Shown here: positions 1 through 12,193 of the stretch, in pieces
How positions within the stretch are numbered: the first letter of the stretch is position 1
Layout: every line of letters begins with the position of its first letter
Assembly (NCBI RefSeq): GCF_018350175.1
Contig: NC_058368.1
Span: 78,866,001-78,930,000 of the forward strand
Direction: 5' to 3'
From: Felis catus
Lineage: Eukaryota
DNA: 64,000 bases
The notes under the pieces: model-generated
Databases searched by the model: none
Told to the model about the DNA's origin: nothing
Seen by the model: only the letters and a program-made list of their open reading frames with translations
Made by a program: the position numbers and the translations under genes

Positions 1-249
1 CCCCTCTCTCTTGGTGCACATTTCATAGCAAGGTGTGGGAAGTGTGCTGGTGTCACCTGACACGTGCACGCCTCGCCCTCCACAATCACCCTTGCACCGG
101 CCTTGCCAGGCACGTATTTGCAGAAAGACACCTGCCAGTTCATTCTGCGACTTGGTATTGAAAGTGTCTGATTACATCGGAGCAAAAACTTAGCTGCTGT
201 TATCTTAGATTATTCCCTAAAACAAAGCCATCTGAAAGTTGAAACATTT

Positions 250-460
250 GGGGCGCCTGGGTGGCTCAGTCGGTTAAGCATCCAACTTCGGCTCAGGTCA
301 TGATCTCACGGTTTGTGAGTTTGAGCCCCGTGTCGGGCTCTGTGCTGACAGCTCAGAGCCTGGAGCCTGCTTCGGATTCTGCGTCTCCCTCGCTCTGTGC
401 CTCTCTCCCACTGTCTTTCTCTTAAAAAATAAATAAACATTTAAAATAAATAAATAAGTA
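250..460 (+). mobile_element. Can-SINE (SINEC)
   Basis: GGGGCGCCTGGGTGGCTCAGTCGGTTAAG head, (CT)n region, AAAATAAATAAAC tail; imperfect TSD aaagttgaaacatt/aaagttcacacatt. Confidence 0.95.
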
Positions 461-640
461 AAAGTTCACACATTATATAAAGATGTAGAAACCCATCACC
501 TTGTGAGAATTGTGTGGTTTGTGTTTGGTTTTCTGTCACTGCCCTTTCAACTTATCGCTGTGGGCCAAGGGATATCTGCCATGGTGGCATGCACGTGAGA
601 ATACTCTGGAAATCTTATTTGTTAAATAAATTTTTGTTTT

Positions 641-835
641 GGACCACCTGGGTGGCTCAGTCGGTTGAGCACCTGACTTGAGCTCAGGCCATGATCTTGC
701 TGTTCAAGAGTTCAAGTCCCACATCGGTCTCACTTCTGTCAGTGCAGAGCCTGATTTGGATCCTCTTTCCCCTTTCTCTCTGCCCCTCCCTGCTTGTGCT
801 TGCTCAAAAATAGATAAAACATTAAATATTTTTAA
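641..835 (+). mobile_element. Older Can-SINE
   Basis: Diverged tRNA-like head and A-rich tail. Confidence 0.85.
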
Positions 836-850
836 AAATCTATCTATCTT

Positions 851-881
<31 letters not shown>

Positions 882-890
882 TTATTTTTT

Positions 891-1100
891 CATTTTTTTT
901 TTATTTTTTATTTTTGGGACAGAGAGAGACAGAGCATGAACGGGGGAGGGGCAGAGAGAGAGGGAGACACAGAATCGGAAACAGGCTCCAGGCTCTGAGC
1001 CATCAGCCCAGAGCCCGACGCGGGGCTCGAACTCACGGACCGCGAGATCGTGACCTGGCTGAAGTCGGACGCTTAACCGACTGCGCCACCAAGGCGCCCC
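891..1100 (-). mobile_element. Young SINEC_Fc-type SINE nested in the tail of an older SINE
   Basis: CpG-rich, near-consensus; flanked by ttatttatttattattttt at 871-889 and 1101-1119. Confidence 0.93.
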
Positions 1101-1243
1101 TTATTTATTTATTATTTTTAAGTACACTCCACATCCAGCGCAGAACCCGATGTGGGGCTTGAACTCATGACCCTGAGATCAAGATCTGAGCTGACTGAGA
1201 TCAAGAGTCAGACATGTAACCATCTGAGCCACCCAGGTGCCCC
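1101..1243 (-). mobile_element. Older Can-SINE (host of the 891-1100 insertion)
   Basis: Ends in gagccacccaggtgcccc; its A tail continues at about 845-890. Confidence 0.8.
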
Positions 1244-1296
1244 AATATTCTAGAAATTTTAGTATCTTATTCCTCATTTAGAAATGAGAGGAACTT

Positions 1297-1518
1297 GGGT
1301 TGCCAGGGTGGCTCAGTTGGTTAAGCACCCAAGTCTTGATCTTGGCTCAGGTCAGGATCATGATCTCATGGTTCCTGAGATCAAGCCCCACATCAGGCTC
1401 TGCACTGACAGCAGAGAGCCTGCTTGGGATTCTCTCTCTGTCCCCCTCTCTCTGTGTCTCCCCTCCTTGCTCTCTCTCTATTTCTCGAAACAAATAAATA
1501 AAAAAAAATAGTTTTAAA
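1297..1518 (+). mobile_element. Can-SINE
   Basis: Repeat agaaatgagaggaa at 1280-1293 and 1519-1532 (TSD). Confidence 0.9.
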
Positions 1519-3971
1519 AGAAATGAGAGGAATGTATATTTAATTGATAGGTCCATGTAATTTTTTTCATATTTTCGACTTCTGAAAAAGATGTCCTTAA
1601 GAAATTAAATCCACTCTTACGGATTCCCAAACCTACACCTGATTCTGGAGATTTCTTTCTTTGTGAAGAATATCTATGGTGACATATGTGTTCATTAATG
1701 ACTAACTCATAACCATTTATTAAGCTCAAACCATATACTGAGAACCTGCATAATTGTACAGCACAGCTCAAAATAATTTAACATTTTGGGTTGACTTGGG
1801 TAGGATACCATAATTATCTATGTTCACATAGCAGAGTTAGAGAATTTCTAAAGAACAGTTATCAAATAGACTCAGGTTAACTAACAGCATACCAGGAGCT
1901 GTTGGCCTAAGTGTAATGACAAGGAACAGTGGTCCTCACTGTAAGTTATAGACTAAAGCAATCATTTATTAAAATGATCCTTCTGGAAAGAGCAGGCTGT
2001 GCAATTTCTAAAGTGCATTCTAGATTACTTTATGTAAATTGGCTTCGCAGTTTAGCTTAAGTAAATACATTCTAAGTTGCATTTCTTTAGATAGATATAA
2101 CTCTTCCAAATCAGTTAGTGTCTGGGAATCAATATTATGATATCCATGCAAATTTCAAGGAAAACCATTTCTAATTCACTTGTTTGTTGTTTTATTCATT
2201 TCTCATGCAAATTAAGGATGTCATAAATAAGTGATTCCTAGCCTCATAAGGTAACATCGCCCAGGATTAAGTATGGCTTAAACTTCGTATCAGTTATGCT
2301 GGGTGTTTTTTTTGTTTTGTTTTGTTTTTTTGTTTTTGGCTTCCCTTTAAATTACAATCCAGATGAATATCATTTGGTGTTCAAAGCATTCTCAAAACTT
2401 ACCCACAGTTCTTGCACAGCGCTCTGGTGTACAAGTGGGAATTAAATACAAGTATTTAATGAATGTATATGAATCGACTGTAAATATAACATCACAGGGG
2501 TTCAGTGAAACTTTGTACATTTCGGGGATGGGCCAGTACTTCTTGTGGGAAAGAAAAGTCTGATTAAGGAGATGAATAGAAAAGAGCATCCTTGATTGCG
2601 GAGCTGAGATTCAGTAGAAGGCTTAAAGTTCAATCCAAGGTGGGATGAAAGGAAACTTCCTTAGGAAGCCTGAAAGGAGAGAGGTGGGTGAGTTGAATAG
2701 GAACGCAGTTCAGCCACACTGGGTGGTGTGACGTTGCTGTGGGTTCCCACGTTGGCAGCCACTATCCACGCTGCGGCCACGTGGGGCTGCGTGTGCAACA
2801 GACACACACAGGGCATCTCCCCTGGGGAGTCTAGCCCACACAATTTTGCCCTGGATCACAGTATACTGCGAAAGAAAAGCAGTCACTAGAGGTTATTCGG
2901 ATCAGCAGTTACTGAAAAATAGGGAACACGGGACGTAAAAAGAAGGGTGCAGGGGGGTGGTGTCAGCAGAGTCATGTAAAGCTGAAGAAGAGAGAGCATC
3001 TTACTTGTGGTTTCCATCGATGACATAATTGAAGATTAGAACCTGGAGTATGGGGAGGAAGAGAGCAAAGTGAAGGGGTCTGAGCTGGCTCCCTGCTGAC
3101 CCATGAGGGCACAGAGGGAAGAACCAGGTTTAGGTGGGGTCCGGAGAGCTAGAGAGCTGGCACTGAGCTCCAGAGAGGACTGGATACTTTCATACAGGCC
3201 ATACACGTGTTTGTAAGGGACACACAGCTGTCATGTTTCTGAATTTTAATCTCCTCCTTCAGTTGTCCTGCCTGAAAGGTCTACGCGGGTTTGCCTTCTG
3301 CCCTGGCAACATGGTTCGGGTTGTGTTTTACGCAACGGGTTTGAACCCTACAACCATGGAGATTGCTCTGGTTCCCCTGTACAGCTTCAAAACAGCTACC
3401 ATCAGTTCAGACTGTTGTTTTTAATCCCTGTATTTGAATTTCAAGCTGTACAAGCAGGAGATTTTTCCCTGGCAATAGGTTTTTGGAACGTAAAAATCAT
3501 GTTTGGGGGGAAAAAACAACTGCCTGGGACTTTTCACTAATTCTGCCCCAAATGACTTTCAACTTTAAGGGACATTCAATTCCATTTATGTTGTTTAGAT
3601 ACACATTTATTGAATAACTGCTTTTTACAGAGCACAGTGGTGTGGTACACATGAGTAAGCCTTTTTTTTTTTATTGAGGAAGACACAGGTTTTTACTCTT
3701 AGAAAATACAATAGGTTAACTACTATCATAATAATATTGCATAACTTTTAGTGGCAAAGCTATTAAAATCTTAGAGAAAAAAACCAAAAAACCCACACAG
3801 TCGTAAGTCGAAAAAAATCATACCAGTAAAATTTGAATCAGTGACCACTGAGGAAATCTATACATACTTCCTTTAGCCTATATTTTTGTTTAAAGTTTTG
3901 TTATTGTACCATATTTTCATGATTTTCTTTGAGAGTTAAGGTGAGCAGTGGAACAATAATCAGTTTTGCTG

Positions 3972-3975
<4 letters not shown>

Positions 3976-4018
<43 letters not shown>

Positions 4019-4022
4019 TGTG
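3976..4022. repeat. (TG)n microsatellite
   Basis: Seen directly. Confidence 0.95.
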
Positions 4023-4112
4023 TTTTGGTATTTCTCTTAACACATTTACTTAGTGCCACCTATTGGCCAAGTGGATAATTGAAGATAAAAAGCGTTATTT
4101 ACTCCTCAGGGA

Positions 4113-4506
4113 TGAAAAAGAATGAAATCGTGCCACTTCCAAGGACGTGGATAGAACTGGAGGGTATTATGCTAAGTGAAATAAGTCAGTCAGAGAAGGA
4201 CAGGTATCATGTTTTCACTCATGTGGAAACTGAGAAACTAAACAGAAGAACATAGCGGAAGGGAAGGAAAAACAAGATAAAAACAGGGAGGGAGGCAAAC
4301 CATAGGAAGCTCTTAAATACAGAGAACAAACCAAGGGTTCCTGGAGGGGAAGGGGTGGGGGATGGGCCAAGTGGGTGACAGGCATTAAGGAGGGCACTTG
4401 TTGGGATGAGCACTGGGTGTCGTATTTAACTGATGAATCACTGGCTTCTACTCCTGAAGCCAAGACGAAACTCCATGTTAACTAACTTGAGAATAAAAAA
4501 AAAAAA
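4113..4506 (+). mobile_element. 5'-truncated carnivore L1 (end of ORF2, 3'UTR, poly-A)
   Basis: ctggagggtattatgctaagtgaaataagtcagtcagagaa...gatgagcactgggtg...gaataaaaaaa. Confidence 0.9.
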
Positions 4507-4689
4507 TTTTTTTTTCAGTGTAACCAATAATATCTTAGGCTTGAATTATGGACCAACAGCACACAATGAAAGATTGCCATAAGAGCTTTTGCATTTTGTT
4601 CAATAGTTTTAGATTTATATAACATTATGCCTTATATTCCCTTATTGTTATTCCAGCACTCATAGCCTGGTGATGCACTGATTAAGCAT

Positions 4690-4800
4690 GGTGATTTTGC
4701 AGAGAGATTGCCTGGGTTCGAATTCCAGCTCCACTGTCTGTAATCTCTGAACCTTGGGGAAGTTACTTAATCTTTCAATGTCCTTTTATATAAAATGGAG
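4690..4800 (+). mobile_element. MIR fragment
   Basis: cctgggttcgaattccagctcc...ccttggggaagttacttaa...taaaatgg core. Confidence 0.7.
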
Positions 4801-4809
4801 ACACTAGAG

Positions 4810-5024
4810 TTTTTTTTTGGTATGTTTTATTTATTTTTGAGAGCAAGAAAGACAGAGCACAAGTCGGGGAGGGACAGAAAGAGAGGGGGACACAGAATCT
4901 GAAGCAGGCTCCAGGCCCTGAGCTGTCAGCACAGAGCCCGACGCAGGGCTCAAACTCACGAACTGTGAGACCCTGACCTGAGCTAAAGTTGGACACTTAA
5001 CCGACTGAGCCACCTGGGCGCCCC
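4810..5024 (-). mobile_element. Can-SINE
   Basis: Reverse-complement SINE ending gccacctgggcgcccc. Confidence 0.92.
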
Positions 5025-6297
5025 GAGACAATAGTTATAAGCATTAAAAGAAATATCTGCATAAACATACATGTGTACCTGTATGTGTGCATGTATATGG
5101 TATACATAATTTTATATATAACTTTGTTTATATTATATATTACATGTTATATATATAACACTTTAGGATAATTCTTGGCACAAAATGAATGTTTTCTACT
5201 ACTATCAACAAAAATAAAATTCATCTTTGTTATTTGTTGAATGCTGCGAACTTTGTATACCCGACATTGATAAGCACTGAAGGAGTTATTCCTGTGGTGG
5301 AATAGAGGAAAATGCAGTTCTTGGGAGTTCGTGAAACTTGCTTAATGTCATATAATTTATCATTAGCAGAGGTGAAATGTGGACACATCTACTTGTTACT
5401 ACAAAGAATGTGTATTGAACCATTACCCTGTATTTCCTGTTTGGGCATTATCTTTTATGTCTCTGTAAGAATAGCAAAAAAGCAGTTTATTTTCAGTTAT
5501 AGCACCAAAATAACTAGAATCCAGAATACTTTTAAAAATTCATTTTAATGCTCTTTATGAATTTTTAAATAATTATTTAATGTAAGGGGCGAAAGATTTA
5601 TTCAATCTGAAGAGAAACTAGATATAGCATACATGTTGAAAATGCGATTTACTTACACTATCAATTCCATGATATGCTTGTTTAATATTGAATTACTGGA
5701 AAAGCAGCAAACAAAACAAAACAGGGCCTTTATAAATACCATTTCAGATTATTTTTCAGAATACATTTCTGGCATCACTACTATCAATTAACTGTTATGA
5801 TCTTTAAAACTAGGTTATTACTAAGAGACCGAAATCAACATGTTTCCTCCAAAAGTTCAATATTTGGTAGATATTTTGGAAGATTTTACTATTACCACAA
5901 CTTTTAGCACTTTGGATTTGTGATTAGGCTCAAAGTATTATTTTATAATTTTTCAGTATATGAAATGCTTCCAGGTGAAACGAATGCATTAGTAGATCAG
6001 CATTCAGAAAGTTAAAAAGTAGCAGCAAAGTTGGTTTTTTTTTTAAACTTAGAATACAATTCTCAAAAAATACAATCACCAGAAACTATAAAGAACCCCC
6101 TGTATCAATAAAGTAATGTATTAATTAGTGTGCTCCTTCGTACGGCTGATGCAGAAACTGCTTTTAACATCCATGACTTGAAAGATACAGAAAAATACCT
6201 TTGAAACTTCCAGATTTTCATACTTTTTAGAGGATTACTTGGTCATCATCATTATCATAGACACAATCAATTGCAAGAAGAAATGGTGTTTTATTTT

Positions 6298-6504
6298 ATT
6301 TATTTATTTTTTTATTTTTGGGACAGAGAGAGACAGAGCATGAACGGGGGAAGGGCAGAGAGAGAGGGAGACACAGAATCGGAAACAGGCTCCAGGCTCT
6401 GACCCATCAGCCCAGAGCCTGACGCGGGGCTCGAACTCACGGACTGCGAGATCGTGACCTGGCTGAAGTCGGACGCTTAACCGACTGCGCCACCCAGGCG
6501 CCCC
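6298..6504 (-). mobile_element. Young SINEC_Fc-type SINE with perfect 19-nt flanking repeat
   Basis: agaaatggtgttttatttt at 6279-6297 and 6505-6523; CpGs largely retained. Confidence 0.95.
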
Positions 6505-6606
6505 AGAAATGGTGTTTTATTTTCCTATAGCCAAGGTTTAAGGAAACATGTTAAGAATTTCAGATGTTAGGGTTGATCTGAAGATCTTTGTTAACAGCAT
6601 CAAAAA

Positions 6607-6806
6607 TTTTTTTAAGTTTATTCATTTTTGGGAGAGAGAGAGAGAGAGAAGGGGAGGGGCAGAGAGAGGGAGACACAGAATCCCGAGCAGGCTCCAGGCT
6701 CTGAGCTGTCAGCACAGAGCCGACATGGGGCTTGAACTCATGAACTGTGAGATCATGACCTGAGCTGAAGTCAGACACATAAACAACTGAGCCAGCCAGG
6801 CACCCC
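6607..6806 (-). mobile_element. Can-SINE
   Basis: Reverse-complement SINE body. Confidence 0.92.
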
Positions 6807-7175
6807 TAGTTTGTTGGTTTTAAAAGAACCAATATTAAATCCAATTCCTTCCCTCAAAAACCACAAAAGCATTTCTACTGTTTTATTAAGTCTCAAAGCT
6901 CAAATAACATGTGTTGAGTTGATTATGTTTGTGTGAAGAGATAGCAAAGCCAAATGAAACCCTCTGTGTATCATTACCTTCTTAACATTAGCTACATTCT
7001 GAGACAGAAGGAGGCAGTAGTTTGCAGTTGAAGAAAGAGTGACTTTAAAAATTCAACACAGTATCATACCAACAACAGAACCTCCTGGATGATAGACTAT
7101 TCCTGGATCTTTGCTACTATTCCTGTTTTATTTTTAAAAACGAGTTGCTCAGTAAATGTTTCCATTTTTCTGCAG

Positions 7176-7293
7176 GTCATATGCATCTTGGAAGCCTTTG
7201 GGCATGCCAGGACAACTCTGAATGATCTGTCCAGTTGTTTCATAAAGTATTTTGAACTACAATTCTGCGAGAGGAGAAAACACCTAACAGGAG
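7176..7293 (+). CDS. MYO16: MYO16 internal coding exon (motor domain, switch-I region), 118 nt, phase 0 to 1: [39 protein letters not shown]
   Basis: Acceptor tttccatttttctgcag|GTC and donor GGAG|gtaagt. The peptide matches the myosin LEAFGNAKT..N.NSSRFGKY motif in the variant I recall for myosin XVI ([29 protein letters not shown]). Confidence 0.95.
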
Positions 7294-7331
7294 GTAAGTA
7301 GAACATTAACAAAGGCAGATCTCAGGAGCTG

Positions 7332-7345
7332 CCAGCAGGGGGCAG
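7332..7345 (+). promoter_or_regulatory. Candidate CTCF site CCAGCAGGGGGCAG
   Basis: Exact match to the CCASYAGRKGGCRS core, starting 39 nt after the exon end. Confidence 0.5.
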
Positions 7346-8057
7346 AGAAACTCCAGGCATGGTGACAACAGTGTGCGTGTGCGTGCACATGTGTGTGCGT
7401 GCGTGTGTGTGGCTATCTGCACACCTGAGATGTCAGGTTATGAGTTCAAAACTTCTTGTGAATTGAGGGATATCAGAAATGTGAGGGGAACTTTTTCAAG
7501 ATGATTCTTGTGTAAACTATCTAATCGGGAACCCAATGAAAAACAGCTGAAATGGATCATAATCGTTGAACACAGAAATGACTCACACACCCAATTACAA
7601 TAAATTATGACTGGAGTAAATAATTCCTTCATAAAACAGACACTGAAGTCTATTTTAAATAAAAGTGAATGTATATTTTTAAAATGAGTGGATTAAATCA
7701 AAACATCAAAATAAGCACCCAACTAAAGCCAAAGAACACTATTTATTTTTTGGCTTCAATATTTAATGTGTACTTGATGAAAAGCCCTTATTTAAAATTA
7801 AACTAATTTAGAATTCACCTGAGATGTTACAGTTTTCTAATGAAAACAGATTATCCAGGCAAATTAAGAGAATTGTAGGTGGGGAGCCCATGCACTTGGA
7901 AGAATCAAGTATTGTAAAAACATTAATAATAGCCGTTAGCAACCAATTAATTGCTAAGTGTAATCATTTTAGAAAGAGATCAGTCCTATTTGGTGTTTTC
8001 AAGTATGCTTCAAGAAACAAAAGTTGGTTTGGACCATGACTTCGAAACAAAAAGCTC

Positions 8058-8276
8058 GGGCGCCTGGGGGTCTCAGTCCGGTAAGCCTCCGACTTCAGCT
8101 CAGGTCATGATCTCGCTGTTCCTGGGTTTGAGCCCCGCGTCGGGCTCTGTGCTGACAGCTCGGAGCCTGGAGCCTGCTTCGGCTTCTGTGTCTCCCTCTC
8201 TCTCTGCCCCTCCCCCACTTCTGGTCTCTCTCTCTCTCTCTCTCAAAAATAAACATTTTTTAAAAAGAAAGAAAAA
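8058..8276 (+). mobile_element. Can-SINE
   Basis: Head, (CT)n and A tail. Confidence 0.92.
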
Positions 8277-8699
8277 GGCTGCATTTTGCAGTAAGTGCCA
8301 AAATCCATTATTAGTAAATGAAATTTGGTAAGAAAAAAATGTATAAAAGACGTAACAAAAGATAACTTTAGATGTTGAAGTTAGCAGCTTCAGTTCTGCA
8401 ATAGGAATGTAGTGTCTTGAAAAATCTGTGACAAAGAGCTATAGTTGAAGGTCCACCATTTGAGGAAGACCTCAGCCAAGAAATATCTTGAGCCTCAAAG
8501 TCTGGTTTTTAGGTCTTGGTTTTATCCCACCGCAGTGAGAGTGTCCCCCCGCCCCCCGGCCTGACCTCTTCAATTCTGAGCGTAAACCCTGAGCTTTCGG
8601 GGCCCAGCGGTTGGAGCTGGGGGTGGAGGAAGTCCCCGGTGCTGCGGGCGGCCCCTGTCCACTCCGTGTGTGACTCCAGGGTACTTGGGAGCTCGTCGT

Positions 8700-8781
8700 A
8701 AACACAGGCCTACCGACTGGGGCTCTGTATTTAACAAGATTCCCAGTGGTGCGTATGAACACCCAAGTTTGAGAGGCATTT
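8700..8781. mobile_element. MER5-like (hAT-Charlie) fragment
   Basis: ctgtatttaacaagattcccagtggtgcgtatgaacacccaagtttgaga resembles the MER5A terminus. Confidence 0.5.
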
Positions 8782-10139
8782 CTTCCAGCCTGAATCGGGC
8801 TGGCCATGCTTTTATGCACATGGGGCTTGGAGGAGAAACCACTTGTCTGGACATCACTCCCATGACCTTGTGTTTTCTGGATTCGGCATTCCCCTTACCA
8901 AAGCGGAGAGGCACTAAGGGGCTTTTGCAGGTGTTGCCCATTACTAATTTTGTTGACTTTTTTTTTTTTCCTGGCTGGAATCTAATATGTCCCCTTCAGG
9001 AGTGTTAGTTTAGAAAATCATTCTATATATATGCGCATGTGCAGGGGAAGCAGGACTGCTGCAGTGCACTAACCGGCCGCCTGTTAGCGGGGTCCCAGGA
9101 CGCTCCAGCATCGTCACATCCACGGTACCACTCTCAGGGCTTCTTGGAGGCAGCAGTGATGTGGCCGGAGTGCGATTCACAGGGGGAAACAGGGCCCTCC
9201 CCGACCCAAAAGTCCACTGCATGGTGCAGGACTGTGCGTGCAGATGTGGGGTGCCTTCGGCAGAATGGTGCCCGGGTGTGGTCCCCCCTGGGAAAGCTGC
9301 AGGCCGGACCTCCGTGGAAGGAGGTGCACCCCCGCCTCTCTGCACCCCCGTTTTGTTTTCCCACTCATCCGCTTCTCATTAGCATCCTTGGTTTGCTCCC
9401 TGTCGCCCCAGCTTGTTAGTCTGGTAGCTTCCTGCTCTGTTCCTTTAAAAATCTGGCAGAATGATTGTTCTGCTGGTTCTGTGTTCCTTTTTGATTGATT
9501 TTAAGAACACAACACATACTGCTAGGCAAACAGGGCCAGTGCCGGCTGAGACTGCATGACAAGGAGCAGGGAGGCTCGGAGCGGGCAGATGGGAGCTCAG
9601 CTCCTTGTTCCCTATGTGGAAGGGGAACGGTGAGCCATGTGTGCAGAGGATGTGCCTCGGGAGACAGAAAGTTCAAGCCCTTTGGGGCGCACGTGAAGAA
9701 ATGCAAGACTGAAAAGGAGAAGTCTCGGGAAGCGTGGCCAAGTGCCTTCAGATATTTGCTACCATGTGGAGAGGGTCTGGAAAACAAAGGTCTGTATGCG
9801 AGCTCCGCAGAGTTGGTGGATGTGACAGAGAGGAAGTACATTTCCTGATCACGAGGCCCTCCCACCCGCCTTCCTCGTGATGCACCCCACCTTCTCGCCC
9901 CATGCTGGGGGTGCTCCAGGAGGGGAAGGCGCAGACCCCTCCAGAGCTCCCAACAGTCAGTCTCGAGGGGACCTGGGCGACGTTGTTCTAGAGACACTGC
10001 CTGATTCTGCACGTTCTAGAGCCTGCCCACGAAGCACCTGCTAACTGATGAGCAGGGTTCTGACACCCCGAGGAGTGACTTCATAGTGTGTGTCGTCTCC
10101 TGGTGCCTGTCAGCATGGAAGGGGTTCTGTAGAGTGTGT

Positions 10140-10432
10140 GGCCATGCAGGACCCATTCTAACAAAACATGACAGGCTCGGTGACTTCGAACGGACGTCTG
10201 GGATCCGCGGGATGGTACTCTCTCGGATGTCGCTAGGAGTCAGTCCTTTCTCGCCTTGGCCAGCCGCTGACGGTTCCTGCCAGATCTTGGTGTTTGCTGG
10301 CTCCTGGCTCCCACACTCCGGTCTCTGCCTGGCTGGTCACAGGCGCTCTGGCCCCGCCTCTCTCCTCTTCCCCTGATAAATACCAGTCTTAATGAAGCGG
10401 GACCTGTGCTACTCCAGTACGATTTCATCTTT
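10140..10432 (-). mobile_element. MLT1-type (MaLR) LTR fragment
   Basis: ccattctaacaaaacatgacaggctcggtgac...ctccggtctctgcct...ccagtctta...ctactccagtacgatttcatctt. Confidence 0.6.
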
Positions 10433-10999
10433 TCTAAAAAAATCTATTTGATGTTTTGTTGGACATGTAGGTGTCCATACTGCTGTGTTGTTAGTTCAGA
10501 AGTAAATTCGACTGGGTCCTGCCGCTGAAGGCTTGCAGGATAGTCGAGGAGCTAAGACCTGTCTGTCTGCCTCTCTTCCCCACCAGAGTGTAAATCTGCG
10601 TTCCCTGCTATATCTCCAGGGTCCAGCACAGTGTCTGCTGGAGTTAATGTTCAATAAATGCCAAGAGAATAAATGGATGAAGGGCTGGCTGATTCTAGGG
10701 GAGTAACTCTAACTCTAACTAACTCTATGGGGGGGGGGCGGGTAAGAAGTAGTAAGAACTGTAAAGGGGCCGCGGACTCCAAAGAGCCCATGCAGCTGAT
10801 GTTTCCACACTGAGCTCAGACTCCAGAAGTCCTGGGTCTTAGGTCCAACCTTAGCACTGCCCCTATGACCTTGATCGAGTCACGGAGATTCTCTAAGGCT
10901 TATTTGTAAACTAGAAAGTGTAGACCACGGAGACCAGCAGAACGTGTACCTGAATGAAGCAGGATGTGCAAGACAGTGGGGGCCGTGCCAGTCTGGAAG

Positions 11000-11137
11000 C
11001 ACCGTGCCCTCCAGCAGGACCTCACCTGAACTTGAAGACTATCGACAGGTGCCCCGCTTTCAGGCAAGGTCACGTCCCCGAGTCCTGGGGTTAGGACATA
11101 GGCGTATCGTCTGTGGGGCACAATCCAGACCCCCTTA
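11000..11137 (-). mobile_element. MLT1-type LTR fragment
   Basis: aaggtcacgtccccgagtcctggggttaggac...ggggcacaatccagaccc. Confidence 0.55.
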
Positions 11138-11199
11138 GAGGGGGTCTGTTATGTTGTCTTTACATCTTAAACTGATTTTTAGGTTACGAACCTCATGGT

Positions 11200-11415
11200 G
11201 GGAGCGCCTGGGTGGCTTAGTCGGTTAAGCTCCCGACTCTTGATTCTGGCTCAGGTCACGATCTCATGGTCTGTGAGATCAAGCCTCGAATCAGGGTCTG
11301 TGCTGACAGTGCAGAGTTTGCTTGGGATTCTGTCTTTCTCTCCTTCTCTGTCTGCCCCTCTCCTGCTCACACACTGTCTCTCTCAAGATAAATAAATAAA
11401 CTTAAAAAAAAAAAA
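11200..11415 (+). mobile_element. Can-SINE
   Basis: Flanking repeat gaacctcat. Confidence 0.9.
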
Positions 11416-11854
11416 GGAACCTCATTGTTACCTCCAAACAGGAGGCACCAAGCACTTGAAGAAGCTACTAGCCAGTGTGATACCTTTGAACAATTACATC
11501 TGTTATCCAGACTCCTTTTCTGAAAGAAAAATAAAAGACATATTAATTGAAACTACACAAATTTTAAAGAGAGCTGAATTATTCAAATGGGTTCCCTGGA
11601 AAAGCCTTCTGAATTTTAAGTGTTTACTAAAATAGTAAATCAAATTTGAGTAAGGTTATTGCACCTCAAACTAGGTCAAATAAATGTAGGTTACAGGTTG
11701 ATTTTGAACTTTATGGTAGTCTGGGTTCCCTTAAATTATCAACATTTCTAAAAGAATGGTGAGGGTTTTATTGGACAGGGAGCATTATCTTACAAATTTT
11801 AAGGTGGAGTGGACGTTGCATGTTTCCTTCATTGATCTATTGCTTCTAGTTTAA

Positions 11855-12044
11855 TTTTTAAAAATTGTTTAATGTTTATTTTTGAGAGTGAGAGAGCGTG
11901 AGCAGGAGAGGGGAAGAGAGAGACAGAGACAGAATCCAAAGCAGGCTCCAGGCTGTGAGCCGTCAGCACAGAGCCCAGTGTGGGGCTCGAACCCATGAAC
12001 TGTGAGAACATGACCTGAGCCTGACTGAGCCACCCAGTCGTCCC
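11855..12044 (-). mobile_element. Can-SINE with internal deletion
   Basis: tgacctgagc|ctgactgagccaccc, missing about 20 nt of the head. Confidence 0.88.
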
Positions 12045-12082
12045 ATGCTTTTGTAGTTTAATGCCAGCTCCCTAATCAGGGT

Positions 12083-12083
12083 A

Positions 12084-12140
<57 letters not shown>

Positions 12141-12142
12141 CA

Positions 12143-12193
<51 letters not shown>

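Noticed and set aside
250..340. tRNA-like A/B boxes at SINE heads
   Set aside because: tRNA-derived SINE heads, not tRNA genes.
8520..9350. Possible CpG island or internal promoter
   Set aside because: CpG-containing GC-rich patches recur across the window; no clear island boundary or promoter signature by eye.
9416..10012. 198-aa minus-strand ORF and other ORFs in GC-rich 8.5-10 kb
   Set aside because: No recognisable homology and overlapping ORFs on both strands; expected by chance in GC-rich DNA.
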